From NCBI RefSeq assembly GCF_009914755.1, contig NC_060935.1: a stretch of DNA of 64,000 nucleotides, one strand, 5' to 3'. Made by a program: the position numbers and the translations under genes. The notes under the pieces were generated by a model that was given only the letters and a program-made list of their open reading frames with translations, was not told the origin of the DNA and made no database searches. Position 1 is the stretch's first letter; every line of letters starts with the position of its first letter. Shown one piece after another: positions 1-15,044 of this stretch. This DNA is from the human T2T-CHM13v2.0 reference genome, Homo sapiens.

Positions 1-640
1 TTTTATCATGAAGGATTGTTGAATCTCTCAATTTTTTTCTGTGTCTTTGAGAGGAAACGATGGTTTTTGTCTTTCAGTCGGCTGATGTGATGTATCATGT
101 TTATTGATTTGTGTATGTCAAAACATCTTTGCATCCCTGGAATAAATTCCACATGATCATGGTGTCTTATTTTTTGATGTGCTGTTGGATTCAGTTTGCA
201 AGTACTTTGTTAAGTATTTTTGCATCTATGTTTATCAGGGATATTGATCTGTAGTTTTCGGATTTTGGTGTTATGCTAATGCTGGCCTCATAGAATGAGT
301 TAGGGAGAATTCTCTCCTCTTCAATTCTTTGAAATAGTTTGAGGAGAGTGATGTTAGTTCTTTGTAAGCTTGGTAGAAATCAGCAGTGAAGCCATCCATT
401 CCTGAGATTTTCCTTGTTAGAAGACTTTTTGTTACTAATTCAATCTCATTACTCCTTATTGGTATGTTCCGGTTTTCTAAGTCTTCCTGATTCAATTTTA
501 GTAGGCTGCACGTGCCCAGAAATTTATCCGTTTCTTCTTGGTCTTCCAACTTCTTACTGTATAGTTGTTCATGACAGTCTCATGACCTTTTGTATTTCCG
601 TAGCATCCATTGTAATGTCTATTTTTCTTTTATTTTTTCC
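1..640 (-). mobile_element. Old L1 ORF2 fragment (region upstream of and into the RT N-terminus)
   Basis: ORF 271..549 ([16 protein letters not shown]..) is decayed L1 ORF2p. Confidence 0.85.
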
Positions 641-643
641 CCC

Positions 644-1430
<787 letters not shown>

Positions 1431-1879
1431 ATTAAAAACTTTCCATGCAGATATCCTTTCTTCTCAGTGATTTTCTTAAAGTTATCTGGGAACTCATCTG
1501 CTGCCTCTTGGGTGACAGAAGCAGGTTCTCCTGTTACCCTGACATTTTTAAAGCCAACCTCTTTCTAAAATTACCAAACCATCCTTTGCTGGCATTAAAT
1601 TCTCCAGCTTTAGACTCTTCACCTTCCTTTTACTTTACATTGTCAAAATATAAATCAAAATACCAATCAAAAGCAAATGACTGCTTTTCTCAAATCATAT
1701 TATAGTCTATAAGTATGCCCTTCTTATAGCAATCCTGCACCGACATAAAAGCTGCATTTTCAATATGAGATAAAAAGGTATTTCACAAAAAGTGCAAGAT
1801 GTTCACACCTACTGCTATAGCTGCAATAACAGCTTCATTAATTTTCTTTTTTAAAAAATAATAGTCCTTACAACAGATT

Positions 1880-2593
1880 GAAATGGCAGACAAATGTGGC
1901 TGTAGACCTCATTTATAGTTCATATCAAGCAATTTACCTCTTATTACAATGTCATGACTTTTCTCTGCTTCTTGGGAGCATTTCCAGCATCACTAGTAGC
2001 ATTTTGTATGAGTCTCGTGGTGTTATTCAAGGTTTATGGTATTGCACCAAATACAATGAAAAGTATGGAAGAACCATAAGAGATCACTTTTTACTGCAAT
2101 ACACAATGCACATACAGAGATGATTAAGTATCACACAGTGTTTTAAGTGGATCCTTGTAACACTTGAATTCACAATAGCAACAGGAGGTGGCTACAAAAT
2201 TATTACAGTAGTACAGTATGTACTACATTAAACTGTATGCAGTTATAATTTAATACTGCACCTTTATGTTTGTTTACATTCCTCTTGATTAGGAATCGCA
2301 CCATGTTCAGTCTGTGTTTATGTAAGTCTTGATAAATTTTAACTTTTTATAATATATTTGTGTATTTTATGGTAGTAAGCTATAAAATAGACTAGTATTT
2401 ATATATATATTTTGCATTCATGACATACCTTTTTCTTAGTTTTTTTCCAGATTTCTAGGCTGCATGGTTCATCTGCAAGTTTTTTCAAATTGCTGCAAAA
2501 CTCTAAAAAAATTTCCAATATATTTATTTTTTAAAATTCACATATGAGTGGACCCATACAGTTCAAACCCATGTTGTTCAAGGGTCAGCTGTA
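1880..2593. mobile_element. Tigger3-like TcMar DNA transposon relic
   Basis: Terminus gtggacccatacagttcaaacccatgttgttcaagggtcagctgta. Confidence 0.75.
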
Positions 2594-2669
2594 CCTGAGA
2601 TTTAAGTAGGGATCGCTATGTATTTAATGAATAAACAAACATTGTCTTCTCCCTGAAATATGGTGCTTA

Positions 2670-3380
2670 GTTTCAAAACTGAATTCGTCATCTTTCCTCA
2701 CATATTCTCCTCCTCCTCCTGAATTCACAAAACAAACTGTACTACTATTCACCCAGCTGACCAACCTAATCGCCCTAGATTCTGCTACTTCTCCTCCTTT
2801 CCACACATGCTCTCTTTTTACATTTCCAGGCTCAAGGTCTCATTTTTCACCTTTGATTCTTTAGTCTCTCATGTCTGCTAACACTTATCTCTTACAGTCA
2901 TCCCCTTTTTTCCTACTCCCCACTGCTAATTCCCTGGTTCTAGGCCCCCTTACATCTGGATAATTACAACAGTATTTCAAATGGTCTCTCTCCATCTCCA
3001 TCACACATTGATCATGGTACTCTCTTCTCAAAATCCTGCAATACTTTCTCAGTTCTTACTAAGAAAGCAATTGATGGTCTCACTTATAAGAGGGAGCTGA
3101 ACAATGAAAACACAAGCACCTTTGTCTGTACTATTTTTCCTTGGCTGAGGGTTCTTCACTTCTATCTCTGCATATCCAAATTCTATTCAATCTTCAATAA
3201 AGATGAAGACTTTTGAATGCCACAGGACATAATCTCTCTCACCACTGAATACCTACAAGCACTTTTATAACATTTGTAACATTGTTTTTCTCTTAAACTT
3301 ATTGGTATATTACTTGTTTTCTCTGAGGAAAGATTATCTGCTTCATCAGTGGTACTCACATAGGTGGCTAGCACATACAA
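2670..3380 (+). mobile_element. L2 relic
   Basis: Pyrimidine-rich L2 3' motifs (aaactgaattc.tcatcttt, ggataattacaacag..tggtctc). Confidence 0.55.
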
Positions 3381-4506
3381 GATATTCAATAAAACTATCC
3401 TAAGAGAACTGTGGGTTTTAATACACCCTATACACGTCTGAATATTAATGTATTTTATGCAGTACCTGAACTACATGTACAAAGACTATACACTATGAAG
3501 GACTGAACTATATTTGCCTGTAGAAATTTATGACAGCAACTCAGTGATTTAAATAATTTTCACTTCTCAATTTAATAATATTTCAGTCCTTCATCTATTA
3601 GAAATGGCAAACAGGATTTCCAAATCCCACATTTCTAAATTTCTTCCAAATCTATCTTTGGAGTTATTTTTCCTGTATTGAGTTCACTTTTCTATCACCA
3701 TGGAAACCAATTACAATTAGTGTTGTTAGGATCTTTAAAAATACAACTCTATTCAGCAAGTCTTCAAATGTTCAGAAAAGTTCTTTCTCCATATGGAGAA
3801 TGGAAATCAGTAGCATAGAGCAGGGTAAAAATATACCACCCACCCACAGAAGAAACCATTCACCAAAGCCTAATCAACGGATTGCAAATGGAACACGGAA
3901 AGAGTTCTTTTCTTTTATTCATCTTTTGTAGTTCTATAATGGCTGCAATTTCATGTGTCATACCTATGGGGTTTGTAAACAAGTTTTCTTTCACCTCACA
4001 GCCTGTGTAGCAGACGTGGAGACACAAAAAAATGATTTCTGTTGTATAATATTATGTGGTCCACCCACCCTACCTTCAACCTCCTAATATTTGACACTGA
4101 AAATACTACTTTAAAACTACTGAGTTCAGGACGCCAAGAGGAAGAATAATTCTACAGCAGAATTACATCTTACATGGTTAATAAGTGAAATAAGTTCTAA
4201 TTCCAGCACATAAGGCGAAAATCAATAAAAGGCAAAATTACCCTTCAGATTTACCAGGAAAAAGCTAGAGACCTACAAGCATCTTAACAGACCTAAGAGT
4301 TTTTCTTCCCAGAATGGGAATAGAGCACTGTTTTCTCAGCTGAGTATCTGATAAAGTAACCGATGTGCTCATCTTTAAACACTAGAATCACCATCAGTTC
4401 ACTGTGATGCCCATCATATGAAGAATACATGGAAAATGAGACCAAATAACACGACAGCAGAATCACAGCCCTCATCTTACTGATGCTCACTCAAGAACAT
4501 ATACTT

Positions 4507-5115
4507 GTCAGGAAACTGCTTCATACATATTTTCACATTTCAGCATGGTCAGGGCTTTCTAAGCAAAGAGCACTGGCACCTGGGCTAAGGGACTGAACTT
4601 AACCCAGTAACCCTAAAGATGGAGCCCTCTAGAGATAAAAGTTTTCTCTCTCCCCCAAGCCATGTTTACATTCCAGAGTGTTTGTGAAATACAGATCCTT
4701 GCTTCTTTTTCCCAGAGATTTTGTTTACATTTCAGAGCAAAGGTCTCTCTCTCTCTCCATCTCGAGAAAGGAGAATGGGCAGGAATGCCAGCTATCCTGT
4801 ATAAGCTTCAAGTTTCATAAGTGCAGAGTTCTCTTGTGGTACCAAATCCCACTTGTAAACACAGGATATCTCTGGTTGTCACCATATCACTTTATGGAGA
4901 ACCAGGGCCTAGGGAACCAACATAAGTTACTTTTCAAGTAAACAAGGGCTTAATTTCTGGTCCAGAGACTTGATGTTTCTGCTGGGGGAAAGGGAGGCTA
5001 CAGAGAGACAGAGAAAGAGAGAGTGAGAATGTGTGTAGTGTGTCTGTAGTTGTGGGAAGCCAACTTGTTAGCTTACTAGTAGGAAAACATCTCAGACTCT
5101 TCACAGTTTCAGACT
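4507..5115 (+). mobile_element. ERV1-class solo LTR, MER34/MER39-like
   Basis: Starts tgtcagga and ends ccaacttgttagctt..aaacatctcagactcttcacagtttcaga. Confidence 0.55.
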
Positions 5116-7229
5116 CAACAATACTATAAGTAAACTGCCTGTAAATTATGGCTGACTCCACTATAGATATATTTTTTCACAGTCCAACCACTTTTACACA
5201 TCTAATTCTTGGACTGAATAATCTCAAACGAGATACAGTGAAAATCCAGTACTTAGATGACAGTGGAACTGATGACTCACTATCTGAACATTTCATTTCA
5301 AATTCTCTCCTGAAAGGACAATGATTTCCTTGTATAAGAGGGAGTATACTGCAGAACATGCAGAAAAGTAAGGCTAAGATTTTTATTTCTTTTGAGGAAA
5401 ACTAAACTTTGTGGCCAGGGTGAGAATAAAATTAGCATGGGTTTTATTTCAAATGATTACACATGTAGTAACAGTACTTCTGTATAAGATTTTTTTAAAC
5501 TGAAAATATGTACAAGTTAATTTTTCAAACTGCAAGTGTCTTAACAAAATGGGGAGAGATAACCTTTTCATTAATTTATTTTTATTAATGATGAAGGCTT
5601 AACTGATAGGAAGTACTCAGGTGAAGTCAGTATCCACTGCCTCAATCCTGACAACACTGTCCTTGGGTCATCAGGACAAGTATGACTTCCCACATTTTAA
5701 AGATGATTATTTGACTTTACCTAAGTGCTTCCCTAGAACTTCTGCCTTTCTCTAAAGCCCTTTAAAATGTACTGCACAATTATTATGTCATTTAATTCCC
5801 ATAATACTTTATGATATAGTTAGAATAGATATATTTGTTTCTATTTTACAAATGAGGAAACTGACGACCAGAGACATTAAGAATTTACTTAAGATCACAA
5901 TGGAAATTACTTAAGGTTACACTGCAGTATTATGTATCATACTTTTTAACCTTCAACTACATTAAAGATGCGAGATACTCTAGAACCATCATTTACTCCT
6001 TTTTGTTAAAGTATTAGTTGAGTCAGTCTATTCTTTTCTAGCAATACAAAAGAACATGCAGAATGGCTCTAGTGTCAGGCCGCCTTGATTCAAATACAGT
6101 CCACAAAACGGTTTAAGAACTTGAGTAAGTTCTTAAACTCTTTTTACCTAAATTTCTGTACCTGAAATTGTTGTGGAGCGTAATTGAGACAATGTGGAAA
6201 CAGTATTTGATATAATGCCTGGCTCAGACAAAACATTCAATAAATATTGGCTTGTATTTTTATTGTAATTCTGATTACTACTTTTTAAATGAAACTTCAG
6301 GCTTTTAAAATTGTTTGCATTATTACCCCTCAATATTCCTACACTCAGGTCAAACTTTACTACTTCTTTCCGCCTTCCCAGCATCAAGGCAGAAATGCAT
6401 GTAATGATAGAAAGCCATGACAGCATTTTCAAGTCCCTTGCAGGCAGCTTGCATATAGAAAGCTCGAGACACAGATATTAAATTCATACTTTTCCTATTC
6501 CTTATTTATACAAAAACCTGAACTCTACCATTCAGGTTAATTTAACTTAATGTTTTGTATGAAATTGGATAAAAAGAAACACATCAAGTGATAACTTCAG
6601 ATAACCAGATGATAAAGAAAATACAAATCAAACATATCCTTTTCCCCCCCTACACACTAGATGGCGGTACAACACAAAGCACAGCAGGAACAGCGCTGCC
6701 TCAAACTCATCATTTCTTTGCGTGTTACAAGAGATTCCCCCCGCTTCTTACTGAAAAATATTTTGTGAAATGTGAATTAACCTTTGTTTTTGGACTGCAG
6801 AATAATACAACAGGGAAAATAAGTGCAGTAACAATAAATTTGCAGAATTTTAAACTACATGTGGCTTTACTTAAAACAAAAAGCCCCTTCTAGTAATTAT
6901 TTTTTTGTGAAATTTAAATTTCTCTAAACTAAACATAAGACATTTATGAATCAAAACCTGTAGAATTTGGCCAAACTACTATTCACAGGAAAATATCCAA
7001 ACTTAAATGCACTTACTAAAAAGTAATACCTAAAAACAAATGAATCATTAACAATACCTGTTGCATTCTATTTCTCTAAAGCAGAGATTAAGTAGTATAT
7101 GTTGTGTAATATTAATATTTGACAAAGTTGGTTTATGACGAAGCTAGTTTTTGAGAGGCAAATCCTAGTAGGCAATACGCATTATTCTCAACTCTTTTCT
7201 GGAAAAAAAAATATAAGAAAAACTAAACT

Positions 7230-7850
7230 TTCAATTCAAGAAACAAAAGGAAAGTTTATGCTTAGAAATTAATGGTATGAAAAATACAGAAAAAAAAATT
7301 TGGTTGATCAGTAAAACCATAAGCTGGTTCCTTGATAAGACCAAGATTTAATAATATCTTGTGTACAACTTATAACCCATGAATTTAAAAAGCTAAATTA
7401 AATGAACAATTTTTAAGAAAATATAAATGATAAAAATTGATCTAAGGAGATACAAAAGAACCTAATGAGCAATAATCAAATCATAAGTTGAAATGGTAAG
7501 TAAAGATGGTAAAGATTAAGTCCCCAGTTGGGAACCAGTTTCAAAAGGTTTTAACAGGAAAATTCTACTAACCCTTCAAAGAACAGGTAATTCCCATTTA
7601 CACAAACTATTCCAGTGCATTTATTTAAAAGGGGTGGAGAATGGGATAGGGGAGCAGAAATTCCCCAGACTTAGGCTAGTGGGACAAGTATAGCACACAG
7701 GTTAACTTCACCAACAAACACAGATGCAGAAATTATAAAATCTTAGTAGAGTGTAAAAAAGGAATTTGTTTTTAAATATATATATAACTCAGCATAATGT
7801 GTCTCAGGAATATAAAGATGTTTCAACAAGCTACTTCTATTACATGAGCA
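7230..7850 (+). mobile_element. Ancient L1M ORF2 relic
   Basis: Motifs aagctggttccttga, aattctactaaccttcaaagaacagg. Confidence 0.6.
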
Positions 7851-8379
7851 ATTATCTGTACTAATTTTTACAGATATTAATAGCTTATTCAAGCTCCATG
7901 GAAGTAGACTAAAATAAGAATATGGCATGGTACAACCTATCCTCCCCCGTGCTGTTATATCTCTGTTCCTCTCCACCTTATCACAACCTCAATCAGAACT
8001 CATAGTTCATCTACAATTTCTTAGCTTGAAGGAACATTAGCTGTCACCTAGTATTCTAGGGTATCTAGGAACCGTACTTCCTTTTCAGTGTGAAGATAAG
8101 GAAAGCAAGACCAAGGCTAACTGCACCAGCTGGTCATACCCATTCTACACCACACCAGCACCTTTCTCCTCAGCATATTATCTCTCCTATACTACACATT
8201 ACAACTGAATGTACCAAATTGAGACTTAAACAGGATGGTTACATAATTTGTTTTATAATAAATACTCATAAGGAATATATATTCTTATCATATAAGAACA
8301 AATTTAAAATGATTAATAAAAACAAAATAGTAAAACAGCATTTTAAAAACCAATTGTATCTCTTCTTCAAATATAAACT

Positions 8380-9310
8380 CATTCATCCATTCATCTCATT
8401 CATCTATTATTCATTAAACAAATATTTATTGAGTAGTTTTTATGTGTCAATCACTGTTCTAGATGTTGAGGGGAAGAAAATAAATAATAAAATATTTAGC
8501 ATGCCGAATGGTGTTAAGTGGTATGGAGGGAAATAAAACAAAGAGAGGGAGATGAGGAATGCTGGTGACTATAGTTGCAATCTTATGTAAGGAAGGTGCA
8601 GTCTGGGAAGATAGCACTGGAGCCAGTACTTTTAAAAGAGGAGGTAGCAAGGTGTGTGGCTGTCCTAGAGGAGCATTTTAAGTAAAGGAAACAAAAAGTA
8701 CCAAGGCCCTGAGAAGGGGGTGAGCATACTGGCAGAAAACAAAGAGGCTACTGTGGCTGGATCACCCTGTCTGAGGGGAAGAGAAGAAAGATGAGGTCGG
8801 AAAGGTAAGGGTACACTCTGTAAATCCTTGTAGAGAAGTTTCAGAAATCTGGCTTTTACTCTGAATAAGATGAAAACTAACTGGAGAGTTTTTAAAAAGT
8901 GACATGATTGGACTTACATTTGAAAAGAATCATTCTTGCTGCTGTGCCAAATATAGAAGGCTATTGAAATAATCCTCCCCAAAAGACAATGCTTTAGTGT
9001 AAGGTGATAGCAGAGAAGCAGGTGGGCATGGTTAGATCCTGGATTTATTTTAAAGATGGAGCCAAAAAATCTGCTGATGGACTGGATGTGAGGACTGACA
9101 GAAAGAAAGATGCCCAAGATGCTCCACGGTTCTTGGCTGGCCTCGGGAACTGAAAGGATAGAGTTGCTATTTACCAAGATGGGAAGTCAGCAGAAAGAGC
9201 AGGTCTGAAAGACTGTTCTTGGCACGCTGCAATGATTGAGGTGTTATTAGGCATCCAAGTGAAGATGCAGGGAAGTCAGTTGGATATACAAGGCTGGAAT
9301 TCAAAGAAGA
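8380..9310 (-). mobile_element. L2 3' portion
   Basis: cattcatt..aaacaaatatttattgag tail followed by purine-rich L2 body. Confidence 0.75.
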
Positions 9311-12300
9311 GATCATAAAATTGTCCTTTGTACATTACATATCATTATATGGTAATGATAGTACTGACCCAGTAAAAGTACTGACATGTCTAAATTGTTT
9401 TTTAAGCAACTGTGTCTTTCAGACTAAATAAAATTGATCATTGGAATTTCTAACATATAGGATTAAAAATAACTATTTCATTCCAGAACTAAAAGCCAGA
9501 AAGTTAAAGATTATTTTGTCTGGATTTTTAAAATGTAGAAGACGTTAACATCTCTGTCATACTAGGATATGATGGCCAACTGCAATTATAAACTTTCAAG
9601 ATCTGAAGAGAAGAAAGAGCTATAAACATAAAGACAATGAATCTGTAAATCTAAGAGAAATTTCTAAGATCAGAGTGAAAAAGAGAAGGTATGTCACTGC
9701 AGAATGTCCCAGAATTGGTACATATTAAAAAGCAACAACCAAGTTGGCCAATTGACAGTATGAATAACCTACTGATTTATACTAGAGCTGCCCAGCATAC
9801 AACTGATGATCTATTATTGACACATTTTACTAAGTTTTCTTACTTGTTTTCTCTTCAGAACATATTCCAATCTTATATTGAAAATAAAGGATTCATTTCC
9901 CATAAACACGTTTAGAATCAAATGTGCTAATTTTTACCTATGTAAAAAGCAAGATGTTTATAAAATGATAAAGAATAAGAACTGAGACATAGGAACTTTA
10001 TTTTAACTGCCTGTAGCAGATAGAACATAGGATTGTTTAGAGGTTAATATGATTGTTTTTTTTTTCTTTAAATGGCATTCAATCAGTCCATCAAAATGTA
10101 AAACCTTATACTAGCCAAAGAGAGAACAGCAACCCAAGATAAAAAACATAAGCATGTAAGTCAAGCCAGGATGCTATTATAGTTCTTTTGCTACACAACT
10201 TAGTTAATGGAAACTAATGTTTTCCTCCTGATGGTATCTAACATGGGTTGAATTCAACCAGAAGCAGAAGGCAAGCAAAACTGGTAGATGTGATATGTAG
10301 AGGCCAGTCTCCAAAGACACAGAACAGAGGCAGGACAAAACTGGGCAGGAGAGCTGTGCCAAGTAGAGGACCATAAACACAGAAAGAAGATTCTGGTGTG
10401 GACTGGCAAGGTGCAGCTGGGCTGGTTTCCTTTGAACCACCCCTATCTTCCATACTCCAGGCCTCCTGGTCAATCAATACAATCCTGAAACATCTCACTC
10501 ATACACCTCATACAAGCAGGGTCACAAACTGAGTTAGTATCACATCTTTTTTTCCTTCTTCTGCCTGAGTAATGGAATTCTACAGGGTTGAAGTAAGTGC
10601 AATGGGGAAAGTGAAACATGGTGTGTAATCTAAAATGAAGATTACAGGTCTGTTCATTGGTAAAAGTCTACCAAATGTGTTCTCCCATAAAAATTAGACA
10701 CAGTCCTCCAATTAAGAGGACTGGACTCTAATAACCAGCATTTAACAAAATCTCAGGAGAGCCAAACGCAGCTGAATAACAACTGTCTATTCCCTACCCA
10801 CATCTTCAATGCAGCCATTATAAACTCTTTAAATATAAAAAAATAAAAGTTTAGAACTATGATACTATTTAGCACAACCTCATTCACCTCATAAAGGAAA
10901 TAAAACCAAAGAGGCTAAGCTACTTGCCCAAGGTCATAAATTTCCTAAGAAGCAAAAAGAAAATTAGAATCTATGTTTGTGAACTAAGGCCAGTGCTTTT
11001 TCTATTTCATTATACAATGTTTACCATTAACAGTTTTGTTTTTATTTTAAATCAGATGCTTTAGAGATTTCCTAACCTTTCATATAATGTTAACATTTAA
11101 ATATTCTTTGGACTGTTTTTAGATCTCTAGCCTCCTATTTCTTTTCAATTTGCTAAAACTCCTCACAATGTTTACTGCCCCCAAAAGAGTTCATTCAACC
11201 TTGTAAAGATTAAAAAAAAAAGCAAAATAAATTAAGTAGAAAATAATTTACCTAAATTGCAAGCTGAGTAAACTAAATCACTCAAACAGATATATCAAAT
11301 GCTTAACAGTCACAAAATGAAAAATGTACTCATTACTGTTTTCTTAATCAGTTCTTCCTGACCTAAGAAATTTATCATGTTAACTGCAATCTCAAGGATA
11401 TACACACTAATGGAACAAAATATCCTTTGTTTGATGTCACAGCATTATAAATCTCTAGTGCTATTTTAAACTGTCAATTTATTTGAAATAGAAATGTCCT
11501 TCACTTTCATAAATCCTATAGATCAAATTCATCTCACTTGTTTATGAAATAAAATTACAAAAAGTAGCACACTGTGACACAAATCAGTCATGTCTCAGGA
11601 GTTTTCTTCTGGAGAGACAGTGGTTAGGGCAAGGACAGGAAGTGGACTACCTCTACATGTTGTGTGTAGAAATCAAGACTTTTTTTTCTATTAGCCTAAT
11701 TTGAAAGACAATGTAAAGGGTGGCTTTTGTTCCCCTGGGGAAATATAATTTTTTAAATAACCACAATCTAGCTATTTTTTAGGTTTTTAATAGTTTTTTC
11801 ACATTAATACATATATAATGTACAAAGGACATTAAGCTGCCAATGATATAAGAGCAAAGTATGTAGGTTGATGTCAAGTTAGATTCAATAATTTGTATGT
11901 GAATGAAAAGGCAGTAACAGTAAAAACATTTCTGAAAAAGAAGAATAAAGTGAGAACACTTTAATCTACCAAGTATCAAAGCTCACAACAATTAATTAAG
12001 ACAAGTTTACATAATTTCAGAATAGAAAGTCACTACACAAAGCCATGGACATATGGACATGATACAGGAAAACGGAGGGGGACAGGACTGATTTTCCTTA
12101 ACTGATACATGTTAGTGTGATGGTTACTTTCATATGTCAACGTGACATCAAGTATTTGTCAATAGAAGAGAAGAAAGATTTTACCTCAACCAATAAGACA
12201 TCAATTAAAAAAAAAACTACTTCAAAGTGTCATCTATTAGATACAGATATATAGATAAGCATCTAGATATAAAGGTAAATGTGTAAATCTTAATTCAAGA

Positions 12301-12322
12301 TGTAAGAAATATTTCAGTATAC

Positions 12323-12407
12323 CTGTATGCTGCCGAACTCAACATTCTCATAATGGAAATGCGCACATTCAGCCATCTTCGGAAAGTGACCTTTAGTGAA
12401 GGGTAAC
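12323..12407 (-). CDS. ARHGAP32: ARHGAP32 coding exon (85 nt, phase 2 to phase 0): LPFTKGHFPKMAECAHFHYENVEFGSIQ
   Basis: Long pyrimidine tract, acceptor gtgtttcag|G and donor CAG|gtatac. The peptide is visible in ORF 12314..12550 and precedes the PX domain. Confidence 0.95.
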
Positions 12408-12764
12408 CTGAAACACATGAAATAAATAAGAAACGAGATAGTGAAACAGTAAAAATTACTAAGTTTAAGGGAAAAATACAGTGGATTTAAGAGCTCATGC
12501 AAGCAAAAATATTTCGTAAGCACATGCGCATGAGCCACACATATCCGCACAAATCCTCTTAAAAATACACTGAGTCAGATGAGTATTACATTTAGTGTAC
12601 AGATCAAAACCCAAAATAAAAAAAGCATCACCGTTATCTCCTAATTTTGACCCGAATCAATGTCCATAGAAAAACTGCTATTTTCGGCAAATGTTATGGA
12701 AACTGTGGACAGCCAGCTTCTAACCAGAAGCATTCCCAACACAAAGTAGAAAACCAGATTTTAC

Positions 12765-12806
12765 CTGTGAATGTTGTCACAGCCCATCAGTCCTGGAGTG
12801 GTGGAC
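12765..12806 (-). CDS. ARHGAP32: ARHGAP32 42-nt symmetric (phase 2/2) cassette exon: STTPGLMGCDNIH(R)
   Basis: Acceptor cattctgcgttcag|G and donor CAG|gtaaaa. Length is a multiple of 3, there is no stop, and it is in frame between the flanking exons. Confidence 0.85.
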
Positions 12807-12921
12807 CTGAACGCAGAATGAACATTTTTATCCTTGTCTTTCCTCTACTTACACATGAAGCATAACTATCTAACTCTACTAAGTGAAAAGATGGTTTTCC
12901 TCTTTAAAACTGATTACTTTT

Positions 12922-13278
12922 CAGGTACACGATGAATAGTCCTTGTTCAAAATGGCACAGAGACCAGAAGAGTTTTGGATTTCAGATTTTTTCAGATTTT
13001 GGAATATTTGCATATATCTATGGGATATCTTGGGGCTGGGACCCAAGTCTAAACACAAAATTCATTTATATTTCAAATACATTTTATACAGAGCCTGAAG
13101 GTAATGTTATACAACATTTTAAATAATTTTGTGCATGAAACAAAATTTTAACTGTGAACACTCATGTAAGGTCAGGTGTGAAATTTCCCATTTGTGCTGC
13201 CATGTTGGCACTCAAAAAGTTTCACATTTTGGAGCACTTTGGATTTCATAGCTTCAGATTAGAGATGCTCAACCTGTA
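12922..13278. mobile_element. Tigger4/MER46-like DNA transposon relic
   Basis: ttttggatttcagattttttcagattttggaatatttgc; terminus gatgctcaacctgta. Confidence 0.75.
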
Positions 13279-13680
13279 TTTCACTTAACAGTCAACTCTT
13301 GGCATCTACTTCATGCTCCTCAAAGGCAAACCCGAAATCTAATAATCTCATAACTCAAACAATAAAGCTGATATTTCTGAATGAATGAGAGCATGCACTA
13401 AGGGTACCAAGAATGACATGGTTAGACTGTTCCTATCAAACAACTGTAAAATAACAGAAAATGACATAAGTTGCTTCAAGAACAAAAATAAAGTATATTT
13501 TAGAGGAGTGGATAATCTATAGGCCTATTCCACTGACTGCTGAGTCATAATTTAAGGATTAGCAGTTGCACAGTAACAGCATATTTTTGTAAAAAGTCTA
13601 AATAAAAGTTTTAAGAGAATTGAAGAACTGATTTCCATTCGTAGGAATTCATTTAGAATCCACTGTAAAGTTATACTCAC

Positions 13681-13772
13681 TTTTTCACATGCTTAACCTT
13701 CATACTGGCTGTACTGCCACACGTCTTAAGAGTAAGATCTCCAGGAATCTCTGGAACATCTGCGCCTCTTGC
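13681..13772 (-). CDS. ARHGAP32: ARHGAP32 coding exon (92 nt, phase 0 to phase 2): ARGADVPEIPGDLTLKTCGSTASMKVKHVK(K)
   Basis: Acceptor ttgtctttattttttaag|GCA and donor AA|gtgagt. It continues the peptide of the 53809-53917 exon in frame. Confidence 0.95.
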
Positions 13773-15044
13773 CTTAAAAAATAAAGACAAAATATTTATG
13801 GCTATTACTTTAGTATTACACTTTTTTAAAAAGCAGGTTATAATTTATGTTAATAGTTCTGCTGACTTTTTACCTACAAAATATATCTTGGTTTAATAAT
13901 CTTAAAATTACTGAGTTTTAATTATTAAGAATATAAATTATTCACCTGATTTAAATATTCAGCTTTACTGTATAAGGGAAATTTTTCTGTGAGAATAAGA
14001 ATTTTCATGCTTTTGTAATCAAATTTCAAAACCAGCTATTATATACCTCAATACGAATTAAAATTTCCCCTGGAAGTTGTTGGAATAAAATAACCTTTGT
14101 TAAAATAATTAATAAACATTAAAATGCTAATATAAAAAAAGAAATTAGGAGATTAAAACATGTATTTCTCACACCAAAATCTGAACATGACATGTATATA
14201 ATACTTCCAAATTACTCCTTAGTCTGTCACAGTTTTCATAGTGGTGAATTCTTAACTTCAGTGATACAATCAAGTATATCATTTTTTAAAAAACAAAATG
14301 AAAAATCAAAAAGTTCTTAACACTCTGGACAAAATAAAAGTCAAGTCCAAATATCTATTTTAAAAATAAATTTGTGCTATAATACCTATGACTTATAATT
14401 TTAAAAAAACTTAAGTTGAATTATGATAGCCCATGCCACATGATTCAATAGGGGCGAATAATGTGAGATAAGCAGTTAAAGTAAGTTGGGAGGAGAATCA
14501 CAACCTTAACTTTTGCAATGTTTTCTTGTGAGAAAACAAAAAAGCCAGACAGTTTACATACTTTTTTTTTTAAATAGGACTTTTCAAAGATATGAGGTAA
14601 CAATGCATGAACTTATGAGAATTAAACCTTGTTACATCATCACAGTGTGCTGGGTTCAATTTTCCTTTTTGAGGGTTTTTTTTTTCTTAGCAAATTTAAC
14701 TATTTATAAGGGTTGGTATTTCATGATCAAGACTTCTTAGATATATTTTTACTCCTTCTTAGAGGTCTCCCAAAGAAAACAGAGTATTACTAGATTCTTT
14801 AGTAATGAAACAGAACTCATTCCATCTTGCGGCTACCACACGGATTCAATGAAACTTTTTATAAATATGAGGTAACATCTTGTCTTATTTTTCCTCTATC
14901 TTGAAACAAAGTTACTTCATAATCCTAGGTATTATTTCATCAGTACTCATCATCATTCAATTATACCCTATCATACTAGAAAAAAATTTTAAGACTAAAA
15001 TAAAAAGTATATTTTTAAAAAGGGAAAATGAGATAATATCCTAG

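Noticed and set aside
10200-10500. Purine-rich stretch with overlapping ORFs, resembling 31050-31230
   Set aside because: Probably ancient ERVL/MaLR LTR remnants. No splice or coding support, and the family could not be assigned.
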